In this document: piece by piece, positions 17,408 through 26,480 of the stretch
Numbering within the stretch: the first letter of the stretch is position 1
How the letters are laid out: each line of letters opens with the position of its first letter
From: Dehalococcoidales bacterium
Lineage (GTDB): Bacteria > Chloroflexota > Dehalococcoidia > Dehalococcoidales > Fen-1064
Direction: 5' to 3'
NCBI GenBank assembly: GCA_020342155.1
Contig: CP070842.1
Coordinates: 876,034-940,033 of the forward strand
DNA: 64,000 bases
Translations under genes and position numbers: made by a program
Notes under the pieces: model-generated
What the model was told of the DNA's origin: nothing
Database searches by the model: none
Seen by the model: only the letters and a program-made list of their open reading frames with translations

Positions 17408-17484
17408 TGGCGCGCTTGGCGGGGCTCGAACCCACGGCCTCAGCCTCCGCAGGGCTGCGCTCTATCCAACTGAGCTACAAGCGC
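17408..17484 (-). tRNA. tRNA-Arg (anticodon GCG)
   Basis: Acceptor GCGCTTG/CAAGCGC, D stem GCTC/GAGC, anticodon stem CAGCC/GGCTG with loop CTGCGGA, T arm GTGGG-TTCGAGC-CCCGC. The 3' GCCA is encoded. Confidence 0.88.
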
Positions 17485-17495
17485 TAAAATAAAAG

Positions 17496-17582
17496 TGGTG
17501 CCGAAGGTGAGATTTGAACTCACACGCCCTCAAAGGACACTACGCCCTGAACGTAGCGCGTCTGCCATTCCGCCACTTCGGC
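17496..17582 (-). tRNA. tRNA-Leu (anticodon CAG), long variable arm
   Basis: Acceptor GCCGAAG/CTTCGGC, anticodon stem CTACG/CGTAG with loop TTCAGGG, long variable arm, T arm GTGAG-TTCAAAT-CTCAC. ACCA is encoded. Confidence 0.9.
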
Positions 17583-17640
17583 ACAGTCTTCACATAACTT
17601 TAACCCATCCCGACAAAGTCGTCAATAGTCGTCTTGTGCT

Positions 17641-19179
17641 TCAAAAACCGGTGGGCCAGGGCTGAAGATTTTTCTTGCTGATGAAGCCGTTCTTGCGTTC
17701 ATGCATTATTTCCAGGCAGTCAATGATATACTTCCTGGTGTCTCGAGGGTCAATGACGTCTTCAAGCAATCCAACACTGGCGGCATCCCAGGGGGTACTT
17801 CCCAACTCCATCTGCCTTATGTACTTCTGTCTCTCCGCCTCGGGGTCTTCTGCTTCCTCTATCCTGTTGCGAAAAGCCACGTTGGCGGCCGATTCCGGTG
17901 ACATGAAGCTGATTTCACCGGTAGTCATCGATACTAGAAAGTCGGCACCACAATTGGAGCCACACATGTTGGAAATGGCCATACCGTAGGCTTTACGCAC
18001 GATTACCGTTATCTTGGGAACGCTGGCCAGTGCCAGGGCTTCCATCCAGGTCATTATCTTTAGAGAAATCTTACGTCGCTCTGCTGGCCGGCCCACGAGG
18101 AAGCCGGGAGTATCAGCCAGGTGGATTAGTGGAATGTTATAGGTATCGCAGAGGCAGATGAAGCTGGCAGCCTTTTCGCACTCGTCAGCACCGGCGGCTC
18201 CGGCGTTATGCATTGTCTGGCTGGCGATAATGCCCACGACTCTTCCATTCATACGGGCGAGACATGTAATCAGTGCCTTGCCAAAGAACGGCTTCAGCTC
18301 GAAGAACTTGCCATCATCGACTACTTCCTTGATGACCTGGTGCATGTCATAGACACGGTTTGCCTTGTCCGGGATAATCTTTAGCAGTTTCTCTGACTTT
18401 CGGTCGAGAGGGTCATTAGTTATTACACGAGGTGGTTCTTCGTCGCAGGTCTGGGGCATATAGCTCAACATTTCACGAATAATCTGCATACAGTGCTCGT
18501 CATCTTCGGCGAAGGCGTCCACCAGGCCGGTGACTTCTGCGTGCAGCTGCCAGCCGCCGAGCTCCTCCGGGGTTGTCTTCTCTTCCAGGGCTACTTCGAG
18601 TACCCTTGGTCCCGAAACGGCCATGCAGGTTCCTTTGACCATCACCACTAGGTCGGAGATAGCTGCCGTCCACGTAGGGTCACCGAAGCAGTTGCCCATG
18701 ATGGCGGTGATATGGGGTGTCCGCCTGGGGTGGAGCAGGTTCTGGGCAGGGTAGGTGACTGCTAGCACGCCAATAGAGCCTTGGACAGTCTGCATATTGA
18801 CACCGCCGCTCTCACCGAGCCGGATGACCGGGAAGTTTTGCTCCTGGGTCAATTCGGGGTATAGTCCCCTGGAGCGGCCCCTGACATTGCCGCTACCGGC
18901 GAGGATGGTGTTGTCATCGGCACGGACAATAACAGTTCGACCATCTATCTTACCGTACCCATTTACCTTATTAGCAGGCATTTCCCGTCCATCGGGAGAA
19001 CGTAACTGCCGCAGGAGGCCCTCCTCCATCCATGTCCCCGGGTCGACTAGTTTCTCTATCCGCTCCCTGACAGTGATGTGGCCACGCTCGCGGTGTCGGG
19101 CTATCCGTTCCGGGCTCCCCATCTGGAGGCCTATTTCCTGGCGCCTCTTAAGCTCGTCTAGTGCAGCCTGTTTGTCCAT
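17641..19179 (-). CDS. Acyl-CoA carboxyltransferase (propionyl-CoA carboxylase beta / methylmalonyl-CoA decarboxylase alpha family)
   Basis: Two-domain crotonase-like carboxyltransferase pattern: GKIDGRTVIVRADDNTILAGS, ITAIMGNCFG, PLIHLADTPGFLVG, VIVRKAYG. The start is set at the ATG (MDKQAALDEL) 8 nt after GGAGG. The track's 118-aa N-terminal extension is rejected. Confidence 0.85.
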   Translation of the reverse strand: MDKQAALDELKRRQEIGLQMGSPERIARHRERGHITVRERIEKLVDPGTWMEEGLLRQLRSPDGREMPANKVNGYGKIDGRTVIVRADDNTILAGSGNVRGRSRGLYPELTQEQNFPVIRLGESGGVNMQTVQGSIGVLAVTYPAQNLLHPRRTPHITAIMGNCFGDPTWTAAISDLVVMVKGTCMAVSGPRVLEVALEEKTTPEELGGWQLHAEVTGLVDAFAEDDEHCMQIIREMLSYMPQTCDEEPPRVITNDPLDRKSEKLLKIIPDKANRVYDMHQVIKEVVDDGKFFELKPFFGKALITCLARMNGRVVGIIASQTMHNAGAAGADECEKAASFICLCDTYNIPLIHLADTPGFLVGRPAERRKISLKIMTWMEALALASVPKITVIVRKAYGMAISNMCGSNCGADFLVSMTTGEISFMSPESAANVAFRNRIEEAEDPEAERQKYIRQMELGSTPWDAASVGLLEDVIDPRDTRKYIIDCLEIMHERKNGFISKKNLQPWPTGF

Positions 19180-19300
19180 TTCTACGCCTCCCATACTAAT
19201 TTCTGCGTTTAGACTGAAAGTATACCGCCTTTGACTTACTGTCTTCAAATTGACCTTCGCCAAGTATGGCATTAGAATGATAATAGGTTGGAGAAGTGAG

Positions 19301-20566
19301 ATGTTGTTTGAGAAGACTACCCTGAATAATGGGCTGCGTCTTATTACCCATGCCATGCCCCACACCCGCTCGGTGTCTATCTGCATCTTCCTTGCGGTAG
19401 GCTCCCGGTACGAGACGGGGGCGGAGGCTGGTATCTCACACTTTATTGAGCACCTCTGTTTTAAGGGTACACCGAAACGGGCTACACCCAAGGATATTGC
19501 AGCTGCAATAGAGGGAGTAGGTGGTATCCTCAACGCTGCTGCTGATAGGGAGTTGACCCTCTACTGGTGTAAGGTAGCCCAGCCCCACTTCCTGCTGGCT
19601 CTCGATGTGCTGGCGGATATTCTGCTGAATTCCAAGCTTGACCCGGCAGATATCGAACGAGAGCGCCAGGTTATCATTGAGGAAATCCATGCGATAAAAG
19701 ACTCTCCTTACCAGCGGGTAAGCATGCTGACTGACGAGCTTCTCTGGCCAGACCATCCCCTGGGGCGTGATGTCGCAGGAAATGAGGAATCGGTTCTCTC
19801 GATTACTCAGGATATGATAACAGGTTTCCTGGCGGGCAGGTACCTGCCTGCCAGCACTGTCGTTGCTATTGCCGGTGATATCCAGCATGAGGGAGTTGTT
19901 GGTGCGGTCAATGAGGCTTTCGGTGGTTGGAGCGGTCAGCAGCCAGCCGGTGGATACCTGGCACATGAGGAGAGACCAAATCCACGGTTGGGGATGGAGG
20001 TTCGAGACACCGAACAAACACACCTGTGTCTGGCGCTGCCGGGGCTGCCCTTGCTACATCCGAAACGCTATGCCCTCGACCTGCTCAATACTATCCTGGG
20101 CGAGGGTATGAGCAGTCGGTTGTTTGTTGAAATACGTGATAACCTCGGCTTAGCCTACAGTATACACAGTTACGTCGAACACCTTCACGACACCGGGGCA
20201 ATGATTATCTACGCTGGGGTGGAGCATGAGAAGCTGCCTGTAGCTATCAAGGCCATACTGGAGCAACTGGCATCACTTTATAAGCCCGTCTCTAACTCCG
20301 AGCTCACCAAGGTAAAGGAGTTGTCCAAGGGACGGCTGTTGCTGCGGATGGAAGATAGTCGCAGTGTCGCTGGATGGGCGGGTGGACAGGAAATTCTCAC
20401 CAACAGGATTCTCAGTGTTGACCAGGTGGTGTCTATTATTGATGCTATTACTGCTGAGCAGGTAGTGGAGGTTGCGCAGGAACTGATAGTTGAGGACCGG
20501 CTCCGTCTGGCAGTGGTCGGGCCGGTAAAGGATGGTGATGAGCTGAAGGGATTGCTCAGACTGTAA
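19301..20566 (+). CDS. M16-family zinc peptidase (pitrilysin-like)
   Basis: The inverted zinc motif HxxEH appears in GISHFIEHLCFKG, with the typical N-terminus LNNGLRLIT. The start is at ATG 19301 after GGAGAAG. Confidence 0.85.
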   Translation: MLFEKTTLNNGLRLITHAMPHTRSVSICIFLAVGSRYETGAEAGISHFIEHLCFKGTPKRATPKDIAAAIEGVGGILNAAADRELTLYWCKVAQPHFLLALDVLADILLNSKLDPADIERERQVIIEEIHAIKDSPYQRVSMLTDELLWPDHPLGRDVAGNEESVLSITQDMITGFLAGRYLPASTVVAIAGDIQHEGVVGAVNEAFGGWSGQQPAGGYLAHEERPNPRLGMEVRDTEQTHLCLALPGLPLLHPKRYALDLLNTILGEGMSSRLFVEIRDNLGLAYSIHSYVEHLHDTGAMIIYAGVEHEKLPVAIKAILEQLASLYKPVSNSELTKVKELSKGRLLLRMEDSRSVAGWAGGQEILTNRILSVDQVVSIIDAITAEQVVEVAQELIVEDRLRLAVVGPVKDGDELKGLLRL

Positions 20567-20591
20567 TCGGTCGTCTTGGTGGATGAAAAGG

Positions 20592-20621
20592 GAAAGCCGT
20601 GGCGCTGAAGCCACGGCTTTC
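20592..20621. terminator. Bidirectional intrinsic terminator hairpin between the M16 peptidase gene and groEL
   Basis: GAAAGCCGTGG (20592-20602) pairs with CCACGGCTTTC (20611-20621), an 11-bp stem with an 8-nt loop. T/A-rich flanks are present on both sides. Confidence 0.6.
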
Positions 20622-20644
20622 GGCGTATTTCTATTAAGGGCTGA

Positions 20645-22261
20645 TTACATCATGCCCATGTCTGGTGATGGCATTGCTGGGGCCTGTTCTTTCTCAGGAA
20701 TATCGGTTACTAGTGAATCGGTTATCAGAACCATAGCGGCAATACTGGCGGCATTTTGAAGAGCCGACCTGACTACCTTGGTGGGGTCGATGATACCCTT
20801 CTCTACCATGCTACCAAACTCATCGTTCTCGGCATCATAACCGACACCGACCTTGCTCTTCTTAACGGCGTCTACGATTACCGAACCGTCCTTGCCGGCG
20901 TTATTGGCAATGGCCCGAATCGGCTCTTCAACGGCCTTACGAATGATGTCGACACCGGTGGCTGCATCGCCTTTGACCCCCAGTTTCTTCAAGACGGGCA
21001 AGGCGTTGAGCAGGGCAACACCGCCACCGGGCAGAATACCCTCTTCAACGGCGGCTCGTGTAGCCGAAAGTGCGTCCTCAACACGGTGCTTTCTCTCTTT
21101 GAGCTCGACCTCAGTGGCAGCACCGACCTTAATGACAGCGACTCCGCCGACCAGCTTAGCCTGCCGTTCCTGGAGTTTCTCACGGTCGAAGTCGGAGGTT
21201 GTCTCTTCTATCTGTGCCCTGATTTGCTTGATTCTTGCCGTAATCTCATCATCCGAACCTCTGCCCTCAACGATGGTGGTATTGTCTTTGTCAGCGGTTA
21301 CACGACGGGCTCTCCCCAGGTCCTCGATAGCAACTGAATCGAGCTTGCGACCAATCTCTTCGGAGATAACGGTCCCACCGGTCAGAACGGCGATGTCTTC
21401 TAGCATTGCCTTTCGCCGGTCGCCGAATCCGGGTGCTTTGACTGCCAGGACGTTGAGAGTTCCTCGCAGCTTGTTGACTACCAGAGTGGCTAATGCCTCA
21501 CCGTCGACGTCCTCGGCAATTATCAGCAGGTTCTTCGATGCCTGTAGTATCTTCTCCAGAGCCGGGAGAAAGTCAGATACGGCTGAGATTTTCTTATCGG
21601 TGATAAGGATATAGGGGTCCTCGATGACTGTTTCCATTTTCTCAGTGTTGGTGACGAAGTAGGCACTGATATAACCACGGTCAAACTGCATGCCCTCGAC
21701 GAACTCGGTCTCGTACTCGAGGCCCTTGGACTCCTCAACCGTAATAACACCGTCCTTACCAACCTTCTCAAAAACCTCGGCAATCAGGTCACCAATCTTG
21801 TGATCGACCGCTGTCATGGTGGCTACCTGGGCAATTTGCTCTTTACCCTTGACCTCGGTAGAAACCTTCTTCAGCTGGTCAATTATCGCCTCGGTTGCCA
21901 TCTCGATACCCTTCTTGAGCTCCATCGGTTCGGCACCGGCGGCGATGTTTTTGAAGCCATTGGTAATAATCGCGTGTGCCAGAATGGTTGACGTCGTTGT
22001 GCCGTCACCGCAGGCGTCATTGGTCTTGGTAGCGGCTTCCTTGACTAACTGGACACCCATGTTTTCGAATGGGTCGGGGAGTTCGATGTCCTTGGCGATG
22101 GTAACACCATCATCAATTACCGACGGTGCTCCCCACTTCTTGTCCAGGGCCACACAATGTCCTCTGGGCCCGAGGGTCACCCTGACGGAATCGGCCAGGG
22201 TATCAATCCCTCTCTTCAGAGCATGCCTGACCTCTTCATCGAATACTATCTGTTTTGCCAT
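20645..22261 (-). CDS. groL: Chaperonin GroEL
   Basis: [34 protein letters not shown]..., AGDGTTT-type motif (CGDGTTTST), C-terminal PDMGMM tail. Confidence 0.97.
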   Translation of the reverse strand: MAKQIVFDEEVRHALKRGIDTLADSVRVTLGPRGHCVALDKKWGAPSVIDDGVTIAKDIELPDPFENMGVQLVKEAATKTNDACGDGTTTSTILAHAIITNGFKNIAAGAEPMELKKGIEMATEAIIDQLKKVSTEVKGKEQIAQVATMTAVDHKIGDLIAEVFEKVGKDGVITVEESKGLEYETEFVEGMQFDRGYISAYFVTNTEKMETVIEDPYILITDKKISAVSDFLPALEKILQASKNLLIIAEDVDGEALATLVVNKLRGTLNVLAVKAPGFGDRRKAMLEDIAVLTGGTVISEEIGRKLDSVAIEDLGRARRVTADKDNTTIVEGRGSDDEITARIKQIRAQIEETTSDFDREKLQERQAKLVGGVAVIKVGAATEVELKERKHRVEDALSATRAAVEEGILPGGGVALLNALPVLKKLGVKGDAATGVDIIRKAVEEPIRAIANNAGKDGSVIVDAVKKSKVGVGYDAENDEFGSMVEKGIIDPTKVVRSALQNAASIAAMVLITDSLVTDIPEKEQAPAMPSPDMGMM

Positions 22262-22290
22262 TTACTCTCCTCCTTACATCCTGTCTCGAC

Positions 22291-22590
22291 CTATTTTTTC
22301 GGTTTCTTGGCGAGGATATCGCTCTCTCGCAATATCACCAGCTCTTCATCGTCTATCTTTATCTCAGTGCCGCCATATTTAGCATAGATAACAATATCAC
22401 CCACACTGACATCCATCGCCAGCCGTTTGCCGTCGTCAGACAGTCGCCCCGGGCCTACAGCCAGAACCTTTCCCTCCTGGGGTTTCTCTTTGGCAGTGTC
22501 GGGCAGGACAATGCCTCCTTTGGTCACTTCCTCCTTCTCGATAGGCTTAACGACTAAGCGGTCGGCCATCGGTTGAAGCTTAATTGCCAT
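22291..22590 (-). CDS. groS: Co-chaperonin GroES
   Basis: [48 protein letters not shown]. The start is the ATG at 22590 after GGAGAGGAGA. It lies immediately upstream of groEL. Confidence 0.95.
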   Translation of the reverse strand: MAIKLQPMADRLVVKPIEKEEVTKGGIVLPDTAKEKPQEGKVLAVGPGRLSDDGKRLAMDVSVGDIVIYAKYGGTEIKIDDEELVILRESDILAKKPKK

Positions 22591-22621
22591 TCTCCTCTCC
22601 TCTCTCCAGTATATCACAATT

Positions 22622-22648
22622 TTAGCAGTCTCACACTTAGACTGCTAA
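22622..22648. promoter_or_regulatory. CIRCE (HrcA operator) variant upstream of groES
   Basis: TTAGCAGTC-N9-GACTGCTAA is a perfect inverted repeat. The consensus is TTAGCACTC-N9-GAGTGCTAA. It sits 32 nt upstream of the groES start. Confidence 0.8.
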
Positions 22649-22653
22649 GTAAT

Positions 22654-22682
22654 ATAATAGCTTAGTCAGGAATATGTCGCAA
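22654..22682 (-). promoter_or_regulatory. Putative groESL promoter
   Basis: The minus strand reads TTGCGA, 17 nt, TATTAT, ending 5 nt before CIRCE. Confidence 0.45.
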
Positions 22683-22829
22683 ATCAATGGAGGGGAATTT
22701 ATAGGTAATGATAGCCATTGAGAGGCTCTTATCACTTGATAGCTGGCACTATCTATCGAGAGTAACAGCCGAATGTTGGTTTTAGAATGTTTTCTTAGAG
22801 GAATTGTTTGCTCCAAGGAGTGTACTGGC

Positions 22830-22858
22830 TTGCAAGGGGGGAGGGTGCTTGCTATAAT
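22830..22858 (+). promoter_or_regulatory. Sigma-70-type promoter placed for a leaderless transcript of the amidohydrolase gene
   Basis: TTGCAA (22830-22835), 17 nt, TATAAT (22853-22858). The ATG at 22865 lies 7 nt after the -10 element, with no SD in between. Confidence 0.45.
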
Positions 22859-22864
22859 CGGGCG

Positions 22865-23704
22865 ATGGTTATCGACTTTCACGCGCACGTTTTTTCACCA
22901 CAGATAATGGAGAACCGCGACAGGTATATTGAGCGTGACCCCTGCTTTGCCTCACTTTACTCTTCTCCCAAGGCAAAACTGGCCACGGTGGAAGACCTGA
23001 TTGAGAGCATGGACCGGGAAGGGGTCGATGTAGCGGTGATACTGAACGGTGGCTGGACTACCCATGAGCTCTGTGTGGAAACCAATAACTATATACTGGA
23101 GTCTGTAGCCCGCTACCCGAAACGCCTGGTTGGCTTTTGCACTGTCCAGCCTCACTCGGTTAAGCCCGCCGTTGCTGAGATTGAACGCTGTGTCCGCGGG
23201 GGAGCAAAGGGTCTCGGTGAGATGAGGCCGGACACACAATCGTTCGACGCAGAGACACTGGTACCCATAATCGAGGTCATCAGGGAGCATAATCTCATCC
23301 TGTTGACTCACGCATCAGAGCCGGTGGGCCACCAGTATGCAGGTAAGGGGAATGTAACGCCGGAGCGACTTTATGCCCTGATTACGGCGTATCCGGAGAT
23401 TACTCATGTCTGTGCCCATTGGGGAGGTGGTCTGCCCTTCTACGCCCTGATACCTGAGGTAAAGGAAGCTTTGGAAAACGTCTTTTTCGACAGCGCGGCT
23501 TCAACCTTTCTCTATGTTCCTGAGGTATACCATCGGGTCAGCGAGCTTGTCGGTGTTGACAGGATTCTTTTTGGCAGTGACTATCCGCTGCTGCCGCAGG
23601 GCCGACTCCTGAGAGAGATTAATTCCCTGGACTTGGCAGCAGAAACGAAAGAGCAGATTCTATCCGGCAATGCCCGGAGGTTGCTGGGTATTGCCGAGGG
23701 TTGA
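22865..23704 (+). CDS. Metal-dependent amidohydrolase (TIM-barrel, amidohydrolase_2-like)
   Basis: The N-terminus MVIDFHAHVF carries the HxH metal motif. Later motifs are HASEP, CAHWGGG and LFGSDYPL. The start is set at 22865, not the TTG at 22808. Confidence 0.75.
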   Translation: MVIDFHAHVFSPQIMENRDRYIERDPCFASLYSSPKAKLATVEDLIESMDREGVDVAVILNGGWTTHELCVETNNYILESVARYPKRLVGFCTVQPHSVKPAVAEIERCVRGGAKGLGEMRPDTQSFDAETLVPIIEVIREHNLILLTHASEPVGHQYAGKGNVTPERLYALITAYPEITHVCAHWGGGLPFYALIPEVKEALENVFFDSAASTFLYVPEVYHRVSELVGVDRILFGSDYPLLPQGRLLREINSLDLAAETKEQILSGNARRLLGIAEG

Positions 23705-23744
23705 GGCAGCAGGTATCCCTGTGACAAATTCGAGGTCTTGAGTT

Positions 23745-24329
23745 ATGGAGCAGGTACGGTCATTCGTCGCCATTGAGCTTCCAGAAGGACTGAAGGAAGA
23801 GCTGGTGGGACTTAGTGAGCGCTTGAAGTCCAGCGGTCATTCCGGGGTGAGGTGGGTTGACCCGAGAGGCATTCACCTGACACTGAAATTCCTGGGCGAT
23901 GTGGCTGTAGATCAACTCGATGATATCACCGCAGCGCTGACAGAGGCCACCCGCGAGATTTCTACTTTTCGGCTGGAGGTTGGGGGACTGGGTGTCTTCC
24001 CCAATCCGAGGCGGGTCCGGGTAGCCTGGGTGGGGGTGTCCGGGGAGACGGACAAGCTCCAGCAGTTGCAGCAGCGGGTTGAGTCCAGCATGGCTGTGCT
24101 TGGATTTGCTGTAGAATCGAGAGGGTTTACACCGCATTTAACACTGGCCCGGGTTCGAGACCAGGTATCACCGGAGGAACGGCAGCGGTTCGGGCAGGTC
24201 ATTGAGAGCACCAATTTCAAAGCAAGGCATGATATCGAGGTCAATACGGTTTACCTGATGAGGAGCCAGCTTACCAGACAGGGTGCTATTTACAGTAGTA
24301 TTAGTTCGGTCAGTTTGGACAGAAACTAG
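23745..24329 (+). CDS. thpR: RNA 2',3'-cyclic phosphodiesterase (2H family, ThpR/LigT)
   Basis: Two HxT/Sx motifs: IHLTLKFLG and PHLTLARV. Confidence 0.85.
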   Translation: MEQVRSFVAIELPEGLKEELVGLSERLKSSGHSGVRWVDPRGIHLTLKFLGDVAVDQLDDITAALTEATREISTFRLEVGGLGVFPNPRRVRVAWVGVSGETDKLQQLQQRVESSMAVLGFAVESRGFTPHLTLARVRDQVSPEERQRFGQVIESTNFKARHDIEVNTVYLMRSQLTRQGAIYSSISSVSLDRN

Positions 24330-24346
24330 CCAATAAGGAGGTAGAT

Positions 24347-24697
24347 GTGAAAGTAGTTAGCATTAGAGATGTTGCCGCTCAGGAAGCAAGTGATAATACG
24401 ATTTTCAGGGGTAAGGTCAGCGTGCAACGTCTTATTGGCGATAGTAATGAAGAACTTCGGGTCTCGGTTGTCAATTTCAGTCCCGGGGCCGTAAACGTAT
24501 TTCATACACATACCTTCGACCAGGTCCTGTACGTCACCGAGGGAGAGGGAATCGTGGCTACGGAAGAGAAAGAGGTAAAGGTCACACCGGGTACGGTAAT
24601 CTTTATCCCGGCCGGAGAGAACCACTGGCATGGGGCTACCAAGAATTCTGCATTTTCGCATATTGCCATCATGCCACCGGGCGACACCAGCTTCTGA
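24347..24697 (+). CDS. Cupin-domain protein
   Basis: 116 aa with a GTG start. Cupin motifs are FHTHTFDQVLYVTEGEG and IPAGENHWHGA. Confidence 0.7.
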   Translation: MKVVSIRDVAAQEASDNTIFRGKVSVQRLIGDSNEELRVSVVNFSPGAVNVFHTHTFDQVLYVTEGEGIVATEEKEVKVTPGTVIFIPAGENHWHGATKNSAFSHIAIMPPGDTSF

Positions 24698-24795
24698 AGT
24701 GGGTTACGGCTTTGTTGACTTGTCAGGTAAGGAAAGCTCTTGTCAAGTCTGGGTGTTTAGTGTATACTGGGTGAAGTTTTTATTTAGGCTGGGAG

Positions 24796-25017
24796 GTGGC
24801 CCCGTTGGAACAGTTCAATTTCCCTAAGTGTCAGAAATGCAAGACTGGTGACCTGGTGCCCCTATCTGATTTCGGTTCTCAAGGAGCAACCATTTGCTAC
24901 AAAGCCTGGGTGTGCACCAATCCTTCATGTGGATTCAACCTGAAGATACGGAATGGTGACGTCTACATTGACGAACCCATCATGAGTGGCGCTATGCATA
25001 GCGCCCGTGCCCGCTGA
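24796..25017 (+). CDS. Small zinc-ribbon protein
   Basis: CQKC...CTNPSC gives two CxxC-type pairs in a 73-aa ORF. The exact start is uncertain (GTG 24796 or TTG 24805). Confidence 0.45.
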   Translation: MAPLEQFNFPKCQKCKTGDLVPLSDFGSQGATICYKAWVCTNPSCGFNLKIRNGDVYIDEPIMSGAMHSARAR

Positions 25018-25052
25018 TTCTCATCGGGTTTATCTCAGCCTGTCCTTCAAGG

Positions 25053-25763
25053 ATGACCAGCGTGCTCCCTAAGTTGACCAAGCTCAAGGGGATGGCACTG
25101 GACCTTTTATTCCCCCAGTGGTGTATCGGGTGTGGTGGCGAGGGGAGTTTTCTATGCCAGGCGTGTCAGCGTAATTTATCCCGGATTAGTCCCCCAATTT
25201 GTCCCAGGTGCGGCAAGCCCCAGTCTAACGGACAACTCTGTTCCGGCTGTATCGAGTGGTCAGCCACAATTGACGGAATTCGCTCTCCGTTCCGATTCGA
25301 GGGCGTAATTCGTGAGGCGGTACATCAGTTGAAATACCGGAACCTGCGTGCTATAGTTCCGTCTCTGGCTGTGCTGCTGAACGATTACATCAGAACTTTA
25401 ACTTTACCTGCGGATGTTCTGGTACCGGTACCACTACACCGGAAACGACTCCGGGAGCGTGGTTATAATCAGTCTCTTCTGCTGGCTAAGGGACTGGGTA
25501 GATTGAATGGTTTGCCGATAATTGATAGTTGTCTCGTTCGGCAGAAAGATACCCCACCCCAGGCGAGAACATCGACGGTGGAGGAAAGACGGGACAATGT
25601 CATCGGCGTATTCAGCTGCCGTGACGACCAGCTTCGTGACAGGAAGGTGCTGTTAATCGATGATGTCGCCACCTCAGGGGCAACCCTTGATGCCTGTGCG
25701 ACGGTGTTAAAAGCATCCGGAGCAGCCTCCGTGTGGGCGTTGGTGCTAGCACGGGAGATATAA
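25053..25763 (+). CDS. ComF-family phosphoribosyltransferase (ComFC-like)
   Basis: N-terminal double zinc ribbon: CIGCGGEGSFLCQACQ...CPRCGKP...CSGC. C-terminal PRTase motif VLLIDDVATSGATL. Confidence 0.8.
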   Translation: MTSVLPKLTKLKGMALDLLFPQWCIGCGGEGSFLCQACQRNLSRISPPICPRCGKPQSNGQLCSGCIEWSATIDGIRSPFRFEGVIREAVHQLKYRNLRAIVPSLAVLLNDYIRTLTLPADVLVPVPLHRKRLRERGYNQSLLLAKGLGRLNGLPIIDSCLVRQKDTPPQARTSTVEERRDNVIGVFSCRDDQLRDRKVLLIDDVATSGATLDACATVLKASGAASVWALVLAREI

Positions 25764-25817
25764 AATTCGTATTATTCAGGGTAGTATTTGAATTTATGAG
25801 ATGAGGTCTGGTGAGTT

Positions 25818-26420
25818 ATGAAGGTAATCGGTCTTACTGGTGGTATTGGCAGCGGCAAGAGCACCGTCTCCCAGGTCCTGGCTGAGCTGGGGGCGATGGT
25901 GATAGACGCGGACACGGTCGGACACCAGGCCTATCAACCGGGAACTGAGACCTGGAAGGATGTGGTGGCTGCCTTCGGGCAGGAGGTTGTGGCTGCTGAT
26001 GGTAGTATCGACCGCAAGAAGCTGGGTGCAATTGTCTTCGGTGAAGCCGGGGCGCTGGAACGTCTCAACCGGATAGTGCATCCGCGGATGTATGACATGA
26101 TGGCGGAACAGATTGAGGAATATCGCCGGCAGGAGGTGAAGGTGGTAGTACTGGATGCCGCCATTCTGATAGAGGCCAACTGGACACCACTGGTCGATGA
26201 GGTCTGGCTGACCGTGGCCTCCGAGCCAATAGTAGTTCAGAGGGCTAGGGAACGGACTGGCCTGCCCGAAGAGCAAATCCGGTCGCGTATCCGCTCTCAG
26301 TTATCCAATGAGGAGCGGATGAAGCATTCGAGCGTTGTCATCAATAACGACGGCAGTCTCGATCAACTGCGGACCAAGGTGATGGAGTTATGGGAGGGGC
26401 TACAGCATTCTAATAATTAA
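25818..26420 (+). CDS. coaE: Dephospho-CoA kinase
   Basis: MKVIGLTGGIGSGKSTVS (P-loop), VIDADTVGHQ, IVHPRM. Confidence 0.9.
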   Translation: MKVIGLTGGIGSGKSTVSQVLAELGAMVIDADTVGHQAYQPGTETWKDVVAAFGQEVVAADGSIDRKKLGAIVFGEAGALERLNRIVHPRMYDMMAEQIEEYRRQEVKVVVLDAAILIEANWTPLVDEVWLTVASEPIVVQRARERTGLPEEQIRSRIRSQLSNEERMKHSSVVINNDGSLDQLRTKVMELWEGLQHSNN

Positions 26421-26480
26421 TAACTTCATGCTGAAAGCTGATTTTGCTGATATTCGATAAAAGGTTCTCAGGAAAGAAGA

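Noticed and set aside
6500-17600. Calling the whole accessory stretch next to the tRNA cluster a genomic island or mobile element
   Set aside because: I found no integrase, transposase, or direct repeat of a tRNA 3' end. Only compositional patchiness and non-housekeeping content support it, so it is reported as an observation and not annotated as a mobile element.
19180-19533. The 118-aa N-terminal extension of the carboxyltransferase ORF in the track (start 19533)
   Set aside because: The conserved protein begins at MDKQAALDEL (ATG 19179) with GGAGG 8 nt upstream. The extension would run through the divergent promoter region and overlap the M16 peptidase gene.
20853-21614. 253-aa plus-strand ORF inside groEL, with similar antisense ORFs inside argH (47004-47849), mutS (56636-57217), rpoD (60918-61514), the carboxyltransferase (31858-32532) and the hdrA genes
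   Set aside because: These are shadow ORFs opposite highly conserved genes. They are Ser/Arg/Pro-rich and have no start context.
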